Positions 52,359-61,941 of a DNA stretch of 64,000 nucleotides are shown in pieces. The DNA is taken from contig OZ242011.1 in assembly GCA_965204755.1 (NCBI GenBank), positions 2,464,001 to 2,528,000 on the forward strand. The letters are read 5' to 3'. Positions within the stretch are counted from its first letter, which is position 1. Each line of letters begins with the position of its first letter. The notes beneath the pieces were generated by a model. It made no database searches, had not been told where the DNA came from, and saw nothing but the letters and a program-made list of their open reading frames with translations. The stretch is from Candidatus Marinacidobacterium sp. Its GTDB lineage: Bacteria; Acidobacteriota; Vicinamibacteria; Marinacidobacterales; Marinacidobacteraceae. Both the position numbers and the translations under genes were made by a program.

Positions 52359-52736
52359 CTACAGGAGGCCCAGTTTCAACTTGGCGGCGTCGCTCATCTT
52401 GTCCGGGTTCCACGGCGGCTCCCAGACCAGGTCCACGCGCACCGAGGAGACGCCCTCCACCCGGCCGACCTTCTGCTCCACTTCCGGCGGAAGCGTTCCG
52501 GCCACGGGACAGGCCGGCGAGGTGAGGGTCATCTCGACCGCCACCTTGCCCTCGTCGTCGGCTTCGACCCGGTACACCAGGCCGAGTTCGTAGATGTCCA
52601 CCGGGATCTCCGGGTCGTAGCAGGTCTGCAGGACGGCGATGACGCGGTCACGCAGCGGGGCTTCGCCGCTCTCCGGGGCGGTCTCTTCGGCGGCGGCGGC
52701 CGCCGTCGGCGTCGCTTCGGTCATGGGGTCTGTCAT
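52359..52736 (-). CDS. sufT: SUF system Fe-S assembly protein (DUF59/SufT)
   Basis: YDPEIPVDIYELGLVY, MTLTSPACPVAG, WEPPW; RBS AAAGGA. Confidence 0.92.
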   Translation of the reverse strand: MTDPMTEATPTAAAAAEETAPESGEAPLRDRVIAVLQTCYDPEIPVDIYELGLVYRVEADDEGKVAVEMTLTSPACPVAGTLPPEVEQKVGRVEGVSSVRVDLVWEPPWNPDKMSDAAKLKLGLL

Positions 52737-52859
52737 GGGGTCTCTTTCCTTTCGTCGGTCGGAATCAGGAGCGGCGGTCGAGGGGCCGGAACGGCGCCGA
52801 CGCGAGATCGGCCCGCCGTGCCGCCGACCGGTCGGCCGCGCCGACAACGCCGACGCCGG

Positions 52860-53345
52860 TCATTCCGTGGTGGCCACCGCGCCGCTCTCTTCGAGCGCCG
52901 CCCGGAGCGTGTGCCAGGCCAGCGTCGCGCACTTCACCCGCGCCGGATAGTCGCGCACGCCGCTGAACACGCTCAACTTTCCGAGCGCGCCACCCGGTTC
53001 GTCCGCACCCGTTTCGTCCCCGCCGGCTTCCCCCTCGCCGGAGGCGAGCCGGCGGAACGCCTCGACGAGTTCCAGCGCCTTCGCTTCCTCCCGGCCGGGC
53101 AGCGCCTCGGTCAGGAGCGAGGCGGAGGCGGTGGAGATCGCGCAGCCCTCGCCGGTGAACGCGGCCTGCTCCACCACGCCGTCCTCCACGCGCAGGAACA
53201 GCCGGAGCCGGTCGCCGCACAGCGGGTTGAACCCGTCGGCGGTCCGGTTCGCCCCTTCGAGGGCGCCGTAGTTCCGCGGCTTCCGGCTGTGGTCGAGGAT
53301 GACCTCCCGGTAGAGGTCGCGCAACTCGGCGGCGACGGCGTTCAC
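52860..53345 (-). CDS. sufU: SUF system NifU-like scaffold/sulfur acceptor
   Basis: LYREVILDH, NPLCGD, GCAISTAS, RVKCATLAWH. Confidence 0.95.
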   Translation of the reverse strand: MNAVAAELRDLYREVILDHSRKPRNYGALEGANRTADGFNPLCGDRLRLFLRVEDGVVEQAAFTGEGCAISTASASLLTEALPGREEAKALELVEAFRRLASGEGEAGGDETGADEPGGALGKLSVFSGVRDYPARVKCATLAWHTLRAALEESGAVATTE

Positions 53346-53428
53346 GGGCGGGGCCCCGGCGGACTCACGAACGGGACGCCGGCGGACTCACGGGCGGGGG
53401 CGGACTCACGGGCGCCGGCGGGCTCACG
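53342..53428. repeat. Degenerate short direct repeats (GCGGACTCACG) between sufS and sufU
   Basis: TCACG at 53342, 53365, 53388, 53406 and 53424. Confidence 0.75.
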
Positions 53429-54662
53429 GGCGGAAGATCCCGATGGCGGTTCGGAGCCCGTCGGCCAGCCGTTCCGCTTCCTCTTCGGTGTTGTAGAGCC
53501 CGAACGAGGCGCGCACCGTCGCCGGAACCCCGAACCGCTCCATCAGCGGCTGCGCGCAGTGGTGCCCGGTGCGGACGCAGACGCCCTCCCGGTCGAGCAC
53601 CGTCCCCAGGTCGTGCGGGTGGATCCCCTCGACGGTGAAGGAAACGACCGCCGCTTTCCCCGGCGCGGTCCCGACGACCCGGACGCCCGGAATCTCCGCG
53701 AGCAGCCGCTCGGTCCGCTCGCGCAGCCGCTCTTCGTGGGCGGCGACCGCCTCCACGCCGAGGGCGTCGAGGTAGTCGGCGGCCGCCGCCAGCCCCACCG
53801 GGCCGGAGATGTTCGGCGTGCCGGCCTCGAACTTGGCCGGGGGATCCGCGTAGGTGGTCCCTTCGATCCGCACGCTGCGGATCATCTCGCCGCCGCCCTG
53901 GTACGGCGGGAGTCGCTCGAGCAGGTCCTTCCGGCCCCAGAGGACGCCGATCCCGGAGGGGCCGTACATCTTGTGCCCGGACACCGCGTAGAGGTCGCAG
54001 CCCAGGTCCGGCGCCGCGACGCGCAGGTGCGGGGCCGCCTGCGCCCCGTCCACGACGACGAACGCGCCGTTCTCCCGCGCCGTCGCCGCCATCTCCCGCA
54101 CCGGGTTCACCGTCCCCAGCGCGTTCGAGACATGCACCAGCGAAACGATCTTCACGCGGGGCGTCAGCCGGCGGCGGAAGTCGTCGAGGTCGAGTTCGCC
54201 GGCGTCGGTGACCGAAACCGCCGAGACCCGGGCGCCGATCGGCTCGGCGACCATCTGCCAGGGCACGATGTTGGAGTGGTGCTCCATCTCGGTGATCAGC
54301 ACTTCGTCGCCCTCGCGGAGCGCGTGGCGCCCGAGGCAGGAGGCCGCGAGGTTCAACCCCTCGGTGGCCCCGCGCACGAAGACGATCTCCTCCGGGGACT
54401 CCGCGGAGAGGAAGGCCGCCATCCGCGTCCGCGCCTGCTCGTACTGCCGGGTGGCCCGTTCCGACAGGACATGGACGCCACGGTGGATGTTCGCGTAGCC
54501 GGTCTCGTACATCCGGTTCACGGCGTCGAGCACCGCCCGCGGCTTCTGGGCGCTCGCCGCGTTGTCCAGGTAGGCGATCTCCTTCCCCCGCGCCTGCTGG
54601 CTCAGGATCGGGAAGTCGCCGCGGACCCGCTCCAGGTCGTACGCCGGGGCCGCGCCGCTCAT
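53424..54662 (-). CDS. sufS: Cysteine desulfurase SufS
   Basis: YLDNAASAQKP, ANIHRG, MEHHSNIVPW, DGAQA, SGHKMYGP, RTGHHCAQP. Confidence 0.97.
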   Translation of the reverse strand: MSGAAPAYDLERVRGDFPILSQQARGKEIAYLDNAASAQKPRAVLDAVNRMYETGYANIHRGVHVLSERATRQYEQARTRMAAFLSAESPEEIVFVRGATEGLNLAASCLGRHALREGDEVLITEMEHHSNIVPWQMVAEPIGARVSAVSVTDAGELDLDDFRRRLTPRVKIVSLVHVSNALGTVNPVREMAATARENGAFVVVDGAQAAPHLRVAAPDLGCDLYAVSGHKMYGPSGIGVLWGRKDLLERLPPYQGGGEMIRSVRIEGTTYADPPAKFEAGTPNISGPVGLAAAADYLDALGVEAVAAHEERLRERTERLLAEIPGVRVVGTAPGKAAVVSFTVEGIHPHDLGTVLDREGVCVRTGHHCAQPLMERFGVPATVRASFGLYNTEEEAERLADGLRTAIGIFRP

Positions 54663-56032
54663 GCCGGGGCCTCGCTCCACCGGGGCCGCATCGCCGCGAG
54701 TTCGGCCTCCGCGAGGGCGCGCACCGGCGCCGCGCCGGCCCGTTCGATGACTTCGCCGGCGAACGCCCGGATGAGGATCTCCCGCGAGTCCATCGCCCCG
54801 AGGCCGCGCGAGCGGAGGTAGAAGAGGGCGTCTTCGTCGAGCCGGCCGATCGCCGCGCCGTGAGCGCACTTCACATCGTCGGCGTTGATCTCCAGCCGGG
54901 GGCGGGTGTGCGTCTCCGCGCGGCGGGAGAGCAGCAGCGTCCGGTTCGCCTGCGCGGCGTCGGTCCCCACCGCCCCGGGAGTCACCACCACCTTCCCGTC
55001 GAACACCGCCCGCGCCCCCTCGGCCAGCACGCTCTTGAACAGTTGCCGACTCGAGCCGCGCGGCGCGGCGTGGACCACCAGCGTGTGGTGGTCGGCCGCG
55101 GCGGCCCCGGCGCCGAGGAACAGCCCGTTCAACTCGGCGTCCGCGCCTTCCGACCGGAGGAGCGCCCGCGCTTCGATGCGGGAACGGCCGGCCCCGAGCG
55201 AGAACACCGCGCACCGGAGGCGCGCGTCCCGCCCCAGTTCGAAGGTGACCCGCCCGGTGTGGGCGACCCGTTCCGGTTCCCGGTCCAGCCGGAGGTAGTG
55301 GAGTTCCGCGTTCTCGCCGATCCGGCAGAACGCGCTCGGATTCGTCCACCCGGAGTCCGCGCCGCCCTCGCCGCCCTCGCCGCGCTCGCCGCCCTCGTGC
55401 GCCTCGATCACCACCGCCCGGCTGCCCGCCCCCAGTTCGACGATGAATCGGGGGTGGAGCATCCGTTCCGCGCCCGGTTCCCCGCTGCGGCTCGAATGGA
55501 GCAGCACCGGCGGGCAGTCGGCGTCCGCGGGGACTTCGAGGCGCGCGCCGCAGTCGGAGAGCGCCGCGTTCAGCGTTTCCAGCGGGTGGGCGAGTGCGCC
55601 CTCCGCGTCCGCTTCGGGCCCGTTCCCGCCGGACTCGGCGCCCGCCCCGTCCTCCCCGAACCTAGCGGCGCCGGGGGAGAGGGCCGCGCCGCCCCGGCCG
55701 AAGGCCTCGATGTTCACCCCGCCACCGACTGGAGCGGAAACCGACTCCACCAGCCCGTTCCGCAGCCGGACGGCGTCCGCGAACCCCTCCGTCCAGTCCG
55801 GCGGCGTCCCGTTCGCCGGCGGGGCCCCTTCGAACGGACGGTAGAGCGCCTTGGTCAGGTCGAGACCGGAGTGTCTCCAGTCCTCGTCCCCGGCGGTGGG
55901 GAACCCGCCGCGCGCGAAGAACTCCCCGACCAACCGCCGGCGCCGCGTCCCCTCCGCCCCTGCCTCCATCCGCCCGGCGCAGTCGAGGTAGTGCGGCTCG
56001 GCGCCCCGGCCGGGCCCCGACTCCGAAGGCAT
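54659..56032 (-). CDS. sufD: Fe-S cluster assembly protein SufD
   Basis: FPT..EDWRH, AVFDGK, TDAAQ, PRLEINADDVKCAHGA, LFYLRSRG. Confidence 0.95.
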   Translation of the reverse strand: MPSESGPGRGAEPHYLDCAGRMEAGAEGTRRRRLVGEFFARGGFPTAGDEDWRHSGLDLTKALYRPFEGAPPANGTPPDWTEGFADAVRLRNGLVESVSAPVGGGVNIEAFGRGGAALSPGAARFGEDGAGAESGGNGPEADAEGALAHPLETLNAALSDCGARLEVPADADCPPVLLHSSRSGEPGAERMLHPRFIVELGAGSRAVVIEAHEGGERGEGGEGGADSGWTNPSAFCRIGENAELHYLRLDREPERVAHTGRVTFELGRDARLRCAVFSLGAGRSRIEARALLRSEGADAELNGLFLGAGAAAADHHTLVVHAAPRGSSRQLFKSVLAEGARAVFDGKVVVTPGAVGTDAAQANRTLLLSRRAETHTRPRLEINADDVKCAHGAAIGRLDEDALFYLRSRGLGAMDSREILIRAFAGEVIERAGAAPVRALAEAELAAMRPRWSEAPA

Positions 56033-56052
56033 CGCGCGGCCGGGGTGTCCGC

Positions 56053-56817
56053 TCAGACCGCGGCCGGCTCGAGCGGCTTCCCGTACCCCTCGCGTTCGAG
56101 CCGCAGCGCGAGTTCGCCGCCGCCCGAATCCACGATCCGGCCGCCCTGCAGCACATGCACCCGGTCGGGGACGATGTGGTTCAGCAGCCGCTGGTAGTGG
56201 GTGATCACGAGGAACGAGCGCTCCGGCGACCGCATCCGGTTCACGCCGTCGGCGACGATGCGGAGCGCGTCGATGTCCAGCCCGGAGTCGGTCTCGTCCA
56301 GCACCGCGAGCGTCGGCTCCAGCACCGACAACTGGAGGATTTCGTTCCGCTTCTTCTCGCCGCCGGAGAAGCCCTCGTTCACCGGCCGCTTCACCAGGTC
56401 GGCGTCGAAGTCCAGCGCCTTCACCCGCTCCCGCATCAACGAGAGGAAGTCCACTGCGTCGAGTTCCGGCAGGCCCCGGTGCCTGCGCACTTCGTTGAGC
56501 GCCGCCTTGAGGAAGTAGGTGTTGTTGACCCCGGGGATCTCCACCGGATACTGGAACGCGAGGAACACGCCCCGGCGGGCGCGCTCCTCCGGCTCTGCCT
56601 CCGTCAGGTCCTCGCCCCGGTAGCGGATCGTCCCGGCGGTGATCTCGTAGCCCTCGCGTCCGGCGATCACATGCGCCAGCGTGCTCTTGCCGGAGCCGTT
56701 CGGGCCCATGACCGCGTGCGTCTCCCCCGGCGGGATCTCCAGATCGAGCCCGCGCAGGATCGGTTTGCCGGAGGCGGCGACTTCGAGCCCGCGGATCTCG
56801 AGCAGCGGCGGACTCAC
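56053..56817 (-). CDS. sufC: Fe-S cluster assembly ATPase SufC
   Basis: [54 protein letters not shown]; GTG start overlapping the sufB stop. Confidence 0.97.
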   Translation of the reverse strand: MSPPLLEIRGLEVAASGKPILRGLDLEIPPGETHAVMGPNGSGKSTLAHVIAGREGYEITAGTIRYRGEDLTEAEPEERARRGVFLAFQYPVEIPGVNNTYFLKAALNEVRRHRGLPELDAVDFLSLMRERVKALDFDADLVKRPVNEGFSGGEKKRNEILQLSVLEPTLAVLDETDSGLDIDALRIVADGVNRMRSPERSFLVITHYQRLLNHIVPDRVHVLQGGRIVDSGGGELALRLEREGYGKPLEPAAV

Positions 56818-58295
56818 CCCACGGCTCCTTCGAGGCTCACGCCCAGCAGTTTCTGCGCTTCCACCGCGAACTCCATCGGCAACTCGGACAGAACTTCCCG
56901 CGCGAACCCGTTGACGATGAGCGAGACCGCCTCTTCCGGGTCGAGCCCGCGCTGGCGGCAGTAGAACAACTGGTCCTCGCCGATGCGGGAGGTGCTGGCC
57001 TCGTGTTCGAGTTGGGCGTCCGGGTTGGCCACATCTATATAAGGGACCGTGTGGGCGCCGCAGTCCGGGCCGATGAGCAGCGAGTCGCACTGCGAGAAGT
57101 TGCGCGCCCGGTCCGCTCCGGGAAGCACCTTGACCTGGCCCCGGTAGGTGTTCTGGCCCCGGCCGGCGGAGATGCCCTTCGAGATGATGGTGCTCCGGGT
57201 GTTCTTCCCGATGTGGATCATCTTGGTGCCGGTGTCCGCCTGCTGGCGGTTCGCGGTGATGGCCACCGAGTAGAACTCGCCCACCGAGTCGTCCCCGACC
57301 AGCAGGCAACTCGGGTACTTCCAGGTGATCGCCGAGCCGGTCTCCACCTGCGTCCAGGAGATGCGCGACCGGGCGCCGGCGCACTTTCCCCGCTTGGTGA
57401 CGAAGTTGTAGATGCCCCCGACGCCGTCCTTGTCTCCCGGATACCAGTTCTGCACCGTCGAGTACTTGATGCGGGCGTCCTCGAGCGCGACCAGTTCCAC
57501 CACCGCGGCGTGCAGTTGGTTCTCGTCCCGCATCGGCGCGGTGCAGCCTTCGAGGTAACTCACTTCGCTGCCCCGGTCGGCCACGATGAGCGTGCGTTCG
57601 AACTGGCCGGTCTCGGACGCGTTGATCCGGAAGTAGGTCGAGAGTTCCATCGGGCAGCGGACGCCCGGCGGGATATAGACGAAGGACCCGTCGGAGAACA
57701 CCGCGGAGTTCAGGCAGGCGAAGAAGTTGTCCGAGTGCGGCACGACCGTTCCCAGGTATCGGCGCACCAGGTCCGGGTGCTCCCGGACCGCTTCCGAGAA
57801 ACTGCAGAAGACGATCCCCAGGTCGGCCAGTTTGGCCTTGAAGGTGGTCGCCACCGACACGCTGTCGAACACCGCGTCCACCGCGACTCCGGCCAGCCGC
57901 TGCTGCTCGGCCAGCGGAATGCCCAGTTTCTCGTAGGTGGCGCGGAGTTCCGGGTCGATGTCGTCGAGGCTCTTCGGGCCGTCGGCCACCGCGCTCTTCG
58001 GCGCCGCGTAGTAGCGGATCTCGTCGTAGCGGATCGGCGGATAGGAGACCTTGGCCCAGTTCGGCTCTTCCATCTCCAGCCAGATGCGGTAGGCGGCGAG
58101 CCGCCAGTCGAGCAGCCACTCCGGCTCCTCTTTCTTCGAGGAGATGAGGCGGACGACTTCTTCGGAGAGTCCCGGGGGGATCGTCTCGGTTTCGATGTCG
58201 GTGACGAACCCGTAGGCGTACTCGCGCTCGACGAGGTTCTTGACCTCGTCGGCGCCGAGTTGTTTCCGGGGTTCGACGGCGGCGGCGTTCGGCAT
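56814..58295 (-). CDS. sufB: Fe-S cluster assembly protein SufB
   Basis: [60 protein letters not shown]. Confidence 0.98.
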   Translation of the reverse strand: MPNAAAVEPRKQLGADEVKNLVEREYAYGFVTDIETETIPPGLSEEVVRLISSKKEEPEWLLDWRLAAYRIWLEMEEPNWAKVSYPPIRYDEIRYYAAPKSAVADGPKSLDDIDPELRATYEKLGIPLAEQQRLAGVAVDAVFDSVSVATTFKAKLADLGIVFCSFSEAVREHPDLVRRYLGTVVPHSDNFFACLNSAVFSDGSFVYIPPGVRCPMELSTYFRINASETGQFERTLIVADRGSEVSYLEGCTAPMRDENQLHAAVVELVALEDARIKYSTVQNWYPGDKDGVGGIYNFVTKRGKCAGARSRISWTQVETGSAITWKYPSCLLVGDDSVGEFYSVAITANRQQADTGTKMIHIGKNTRSTIISKGISAGRGQNTYRGQVKVLPGADRARNFSQCDSLLIGPDCGAHTVPYIDVANPDAQLEHEASTSRIGEDQLFYCRQRGLDPEEAVSLIVNGFAREVLSELPMEFAVEAQKLLGVSLEGAVG

Positions 58296-58314
58296 GGGAT
58301 CTACGGGAGGGGAC

Positions 58315-58857
58315 TCAGCCCGCCGCTCCGGCGGCGGGGGGCGACGGGGAGGCGCTCGGCAGGCGCGGGAAGGCCGCGCGGGCGGGGGGCGGCGCCGGCG
58401 CGGCGGCCTCCGGCGGGGCAGGGGAGTCGTCGGGGAACTCCTCGGGAAAGTCCGCGCCGGGCAGCAGGTGCGAGAGCGTCAGGCGGGAGAGCGTCCTGGC
58501 CACCAGGTCGTGGACCCGTTGGAGCGGCCCGCGCACGCAGCAGGTCGGGGTGAGCGAGCAGTTGTGCTCGTCGAGGCCGCATTCCACGAGCGCCAGCGGC
58601 CCCTCCACGGCCTCGATGACCTCGATGAGCGGGACTTCGCCCGGGGGCCGGGCCAGCCGATACCCCCCCAGGACTCCCTGGCGCGTGCTGACCAGTCCCG
58701 CTCGCCGCAGCCCCTGCAGGATCTTGGCGATCAGGTCCGCCGGGAGACCCCGGCCGGCGGCGACCCGCCGCGCGCTGAGCGTCTCGTCAGCCGGGAGCGC
58801 CGCCAGGTCCGAAAGAGCCATCAGGGCGTAGTCGGTGCTCCGGGAGAGACGGATCAT
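58315..58857 (-). CDS. Rrf2-family (IscR/SufR-like) transcriptional regulator
   Basis: TDYAL, KILQGL..AGLV...[16 protein letters not shown], Cys cluster [16 protein letters not shown]. Confidence 0.93.
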   Translation of the reverse strand: MIRLSRSTDYALMALSDLAALPADETLSARRVAAGRGLPADLIAKILQGLRRAGLVSTRQGVLGGYRLARPPGEVPLIEVIEAVEGPLALVECGLDEHNCSLTPTCCVRGPLQRVHDLVARTLSRLTLSHLLPGADFPEEFPDDSPAPPEAAAPAPPPARAAFPRLPSASPSPPAAGAAG

Positions 58858-59081
58858 GAAAGTGGGCGGAGTGGCGTGGGGCGGGAACGGGGAGAAGCGC
58901 GGGGAGAAGGTCGGGAAGGAGGGCGGGCGAGAGGCGGCGACCCCGGGGCGGGAGGAGGGGAGCGACCCGGCGCGGAGCCGCGTCGAAACGGAGCGCCCGG
59001 CCCCCGGCTCTCCGGGGGTTCGGCCCCGGCGGGGCCGTCGGGGAACTGGGAAGGAACGACGCCGGGCTCGATCGCCCGGTG

Positions 59082-59132
59082 AATTGCGACCCGAAGAGTC
59101 CTATTTTACCTGCGCCCCGGCGGGGCGGTCAA
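59082..59132 (-). promoter_or_regulatory. suf operon promoter with overlapping IscR-type operator
   Basis: Minus strand TTGACC (59127-59132)-N18-TAAAAT (59103-59108); overlapping AATTGC-GAC-N7-GTC-CTATTT (59082-59106). Confidence 0.7.
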
Positions 59133-59259
59133 ACCCCGTTGGCGCGCTCCCGCCGGGCGCGGCCCGTTCCCGAACCGTCTCCCCGAACTGTCTCGTTGCC
59201 GCCGGAACGGTAGCCGCGCCGCGCCTCCCCTCCGCCGGCTTCGTACACTGCCTCGCCGC

Positions 59260-60159
59260 ATGGCGCGCCGCCCCGCTCCCGCCCCGCCTGCCGGAACCCC
59301 GGCCGGGACCCCGGCCGACGCCTCGGCCGGGGCCGCGTCCGACCCCGCCGTCCGGCGGGACCGCCGAACCAGGCGCGGCCGCGGCCCTTGGGCGGCCCCG
59401 AAGACCGCCCGCGCCGCGACCCGCCGGGATTCCGAGCCCGGCGACGGTCCGGAACCGGCCGCCCCGGACCCCGGGGCGCCGGACTGGAAGCGGGCGACCG
59501 CCGCCCTCTCGCGGCGCGACCCGGCGCTCCGCGCCCTGATCCGGCGCGTCGGCCCCTGCACGCTCGCGCCCCGCGAGAACTCCTTCGGCGGGCTGGCCGG
59601 CGCCATCGTCGCCCAGCAGATCTCCGCCGCCGCCGCCACCACGATCCACACCCGCCTCTGGAGCCTCACCGGCGGCCGCCCGCCGACGCCGGAGGACCTC
59701 CTGCGCCGCCGCGAGACGACGCTCCGGCGGGTGGGCCTCTCCCGCCAGAAGATCGCCTACCTCCGCGACCTGGCCCGCCGGGTCCGCGACGGCGTCCTCG
59801 ACTTGGCGGCGCTCCCCGGCCTCCCCGACGACGAAGTGCGCCGGGAACTCACCGCCGTCCGCGGGATCGGCCGGTGGACCGCCGACATGCACCTCATCTT
59901 CACCCTGAACCGCCCCGATGTGTTCGCTCCGGGCGACGCCGCCGTCCTCGCCGCCATGCGCGACCTCTACCGCCTCCCGGAAGACGCCCCCGCCGAGACC
60001 TACGAGGAAATCAGCGCCCGCTGGCGCCCCTACCGCAGCGTCGGCGTCTGGTACATGTACGAACACCTCCACGCCCTCCGCGCCGCCGCCCGCGGGGCGC
60101 CCCCGCCGGCGCCGCGCGACCGGGCGGCGCCGGCTACACTCACGGGCAACCGTGGGTGA
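59260..60159 (+). CDS. DNA-3-methyladenine glycosylase II family (AlkA-like, HhH-GPD)
   Basis: AIVAQQIS..AA, GLSRQK..Y, LTAVRGIGRWTADM, RPDVF..GD, WRPYRS; start uncertain. Confidence 0.9.
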   Translation: MARRPAPAPPAGTPAGTPADASAGAASDPAVRRDRRTRRGRGPWAAPKTARAATRRDSEPGDGPEPAAPDPGAPDWKRATAALSRRDPALRALIRRVGPCTLAPRENSFGGLAGAIVAQQISAAAATTIHTRLWSLTGGRPPTPEDLLRRRETTLRRVGLSRQKIAYLRDLARRVRDGVLDLAALPGLPDDEVRRELTAVRGIGRWTADMHLIFTLNRPDVFAPGDAAVLAAMRDLYRLPEDAPAETYEEISARWRPYRSVGVWYMYEHLHALRAAARGAPPPAPRDRAAPATLTGNRG

Positions 60160-60325
60160 ACCTCGAACCTTGAACCTGTCTTTTTCTACTCAAGGAGTCG
60201 AGGCCATTGCGCTGGCGACCTCACCGGCGCTTCCCCGCGCGGGAAGCGCGATTCGGGGCTCTGAGGCCCCCCTTTTCGACCGCGGCTTCGGCCGCCGGAA
60301 CCTCCGCGGCGACTCGCGGAGGCGG
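60147..60325 (+). ncRNA. Candidate structured RNA/leader of unknown family
   Basis: TACACT -10-like hexamer at 60135-60140 followed by five consecutive hairpins including a cUUCGg tetraloop; no known family recognised. Confidence 0.4.
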
Positions 60326-60376
60326 CCGCCGGCCCGGCCCGCCGGCCTTCCCGTCCGCCAACCACCGGAGGCCGGC

Positions 60377-60727
60377 ATGCCCCGGTTCCTGATCGTCGTG
60401 GCCGCTGTCGGCGGACTCTGCGGGGTGGCCGCGCTGCTGCTCGGCGTCCTCGCCCTGCCCATGGGGCTACCGGCGCCCCTGCTCGCCGAGCGGCTCTACA
60501 GCCAAGTCTCGCTCCACCTCTGGTTCGTCGAAATCCTCCTGATCCTGGTCGCCGTCGGCGCGGCGGTCTTCGGGTTGGCCGGCTACCAGTCCATCCGGGA
60601 AGTCGCCGCCACAATGGCCCGCGCCGAGGCCCGCCGCGTGGCCTCGGCGCAAATGGTGGAACACCGCAGGAGCCTTCGCCGCGGCCTCGGCGAGGGGGAG
60701 ACCAACGACGAGAAAGGAACGGAGTAA
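60377..60727 (+). CDS. Small two-TM hypothetical protein
   Basis: RBS GGAGG; two hydrophobic helices, then FGLAGYQSIREVAATMARAEA helix; stop 5 nt before the IrrE-like gene. Confidence 0.75.
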   Translation: MPRFLIVVAAVGGLCGVAALLLGVLALPMGLPAPLLAERLYSQVSLHLWFVEILLILVAVGAAVFGLAGYQSIREVAATMARAEARRVASAQMVEHRRSLRRGLGEGETNDEKGTE

Positions 60728-60732
60728 CGCCC

Positions 60733-61215
60733 ATGGCCCTGCCCAAGATCCACATGGAGATCATCCGCGAGTACCAGCGGAAGGTGCCGGTCGCGGTGGA
60801 CGAGATCGCGAAGGAACTCGGGCTGAAGTCGTACTGGGGGATCTGGGACAACGGCGCGTCCGGCCGCATCGCCAAGGACCGGAAGAAGGGCGGGAAGAGC
60901 GGTTACGCCCTCATCGTCAACCGGGACCACTCGCCGGAGCGCCGGCGGTTCACCGTCGCCCACCAGATCGCCCACTTCCTCATGCACAAGAAGGAAATGG
61001 GCGACAGCCTTGTCGACGACTCGCTCTACCGGAGCAAACTGGGCGGCCCGTACGAAGTGGCGGCCAACGACTTCGCGGCCTGGCTCCTCATGCCCTGGAA
61101 CATGATCCTGCACGAAGTGGCCTGCGGCGCGGAGACCGTCGAGAAGTTGGCGAAGATCTTCCAAGTCTCCAACAGTTGCATGGCCGTTCGCCTCGGCTTC
61201 CCGTTCGAGGACTGA
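60733..61215 (+). CDS. ImmA/IrrE-family (peptidase M78-like) protein, copy 1, HExxH changed to HQIAH
   Basis: PVAVDEIAKELGL, ASGRI, IVN..HSPERRRFTVAHQIAHFLMH, E..ANDFAAWLLMP, LAKIFQVS..MAVRL. Confidence 0.9.
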   Translation: MALPKIHMEIIREYQRKVPVAVDEIAKELGLKSYWGIWDNGASGRIAKDRKKGGKSGYALIVNRDHSPERRRFTVAHQIAHFLMHKKEMGDSLVDDSLYRSKLGGPYEVAANDFAAWLLMPWNMILHEVACGAETVEKLAKIFQVSNSCMAVRLGFPFED

Positions 61216-61257
61216 CCGGGCCGGTGCAAGATCGCCCGGCCTCGCGCCGGGCCGGCG

Positions 61258-61317
61258 TCGGTCCGGCCGCTTCGCGACCCGGAGGCAGGGCTTGCCGGTC
61301 TTCCGGCCTTCGGGGGA
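61258..61317 (-). pseudogene. Decayed duplicate of the peroxiredoxin 3' end
   Basis: 51/60 nt match to 61973-62032; reads SPEGRKTGKPCLRVAKRPDR versus FPEGWKTVKPYLRVVKQPD*. Confidence 0.85.
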
Positions 61318-61417
61318 CCCGCCCTTCGCGCCGCCGCCCGCCGCCCGCCGGCCGCGGCCGCGCCTCCGCTGCCGGCGGCGGGATGCCGACCATGAGTAGA
61401 GTGACGGGGGAACACCC

Positions 61418-61900
61418 ATGACCATGCCCAAGACCCACATGGAGATCATCCACGAGTACCAGCGGACGCTGCCGGTCGCGGTGGACGAGATCGCGAAGGA
61501 ACTCGGGCTGAAGTCGTACCGGGGGATCTGGGACAACGGCGCGTCCGGCCGCATCGCCAAGGACCGGAAGAAGGGCGGGAAGAGCGGGTACGCCCTCATC
61601 GTCAACCGGGACCACTCGCCGGAGCGCCGGCGGTTCACCGTCGCCCACCAGATCGCCCACTTCCTCATGCACCAGAAGGAAATGGGCGACAGCCTCGTCG
61701 ACGACTCGCTCTACCGGAGCAAACTCGGCGGCCGGTACGAAGGCGAGGCGAACGACTTCGCGGCCTGGCTCCTCATGCCCTGGAACATGATCCTGCACGA
61801 GGTGGCCTGCGGCGCGGAGACCGTCGAGAAGTTGGCGAAGATCTTCCAGGTCTCCAACAGTTGCATGGCCGTCCGCCTCGGCTTCCCCTTCGAGGACTGA
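61418..61900 (+). CDS. ImmA/IrrE-family protein, copy 2, also HQIAH
   Basis: About 20 nt and 11 aa differences from copy 1 over 483 nt (manual count). Confidence 0.9.
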   Translation: MTMPKTHMEIIHEYQRTLPVAVDEIAKELGLKSYRGIWDNGASGRIAKDRKKGGKSGYALIVNRDHSPERRRFTVAHQIAHFLMHQKEMGDSLVDDSLYRSKLGGRYEGEANDFAAWLLMPWNMILHEVACGAETVEKLAKIFQVSNSCMAVRLGFPFED

Positions 61901-61941
61901 CCCGGTCGGCGCGGGATCGCCCGGCCCCGCGCCGGGCGGGC

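Noticed and set aside
53342-53428. CRISPR-like array (also considered for 25536-25626)
   Set aside because: Repeats too short or directly tandem, no unique spacers of regular length, no cas genes
60155-60280. 6S RNA, suggested by ACCTTGAACC...TCAAGG
   Set aside because: No long closing stem or complementary GGTTCAAG strand, and not in the usual zapA/ygfA/rny context; kept only as an unknown structured RNA
60733-61900. Prophage or ICE implied by ImmA-like genes
   Set aside because: No integrase, repressor, att site or phage genes nearby
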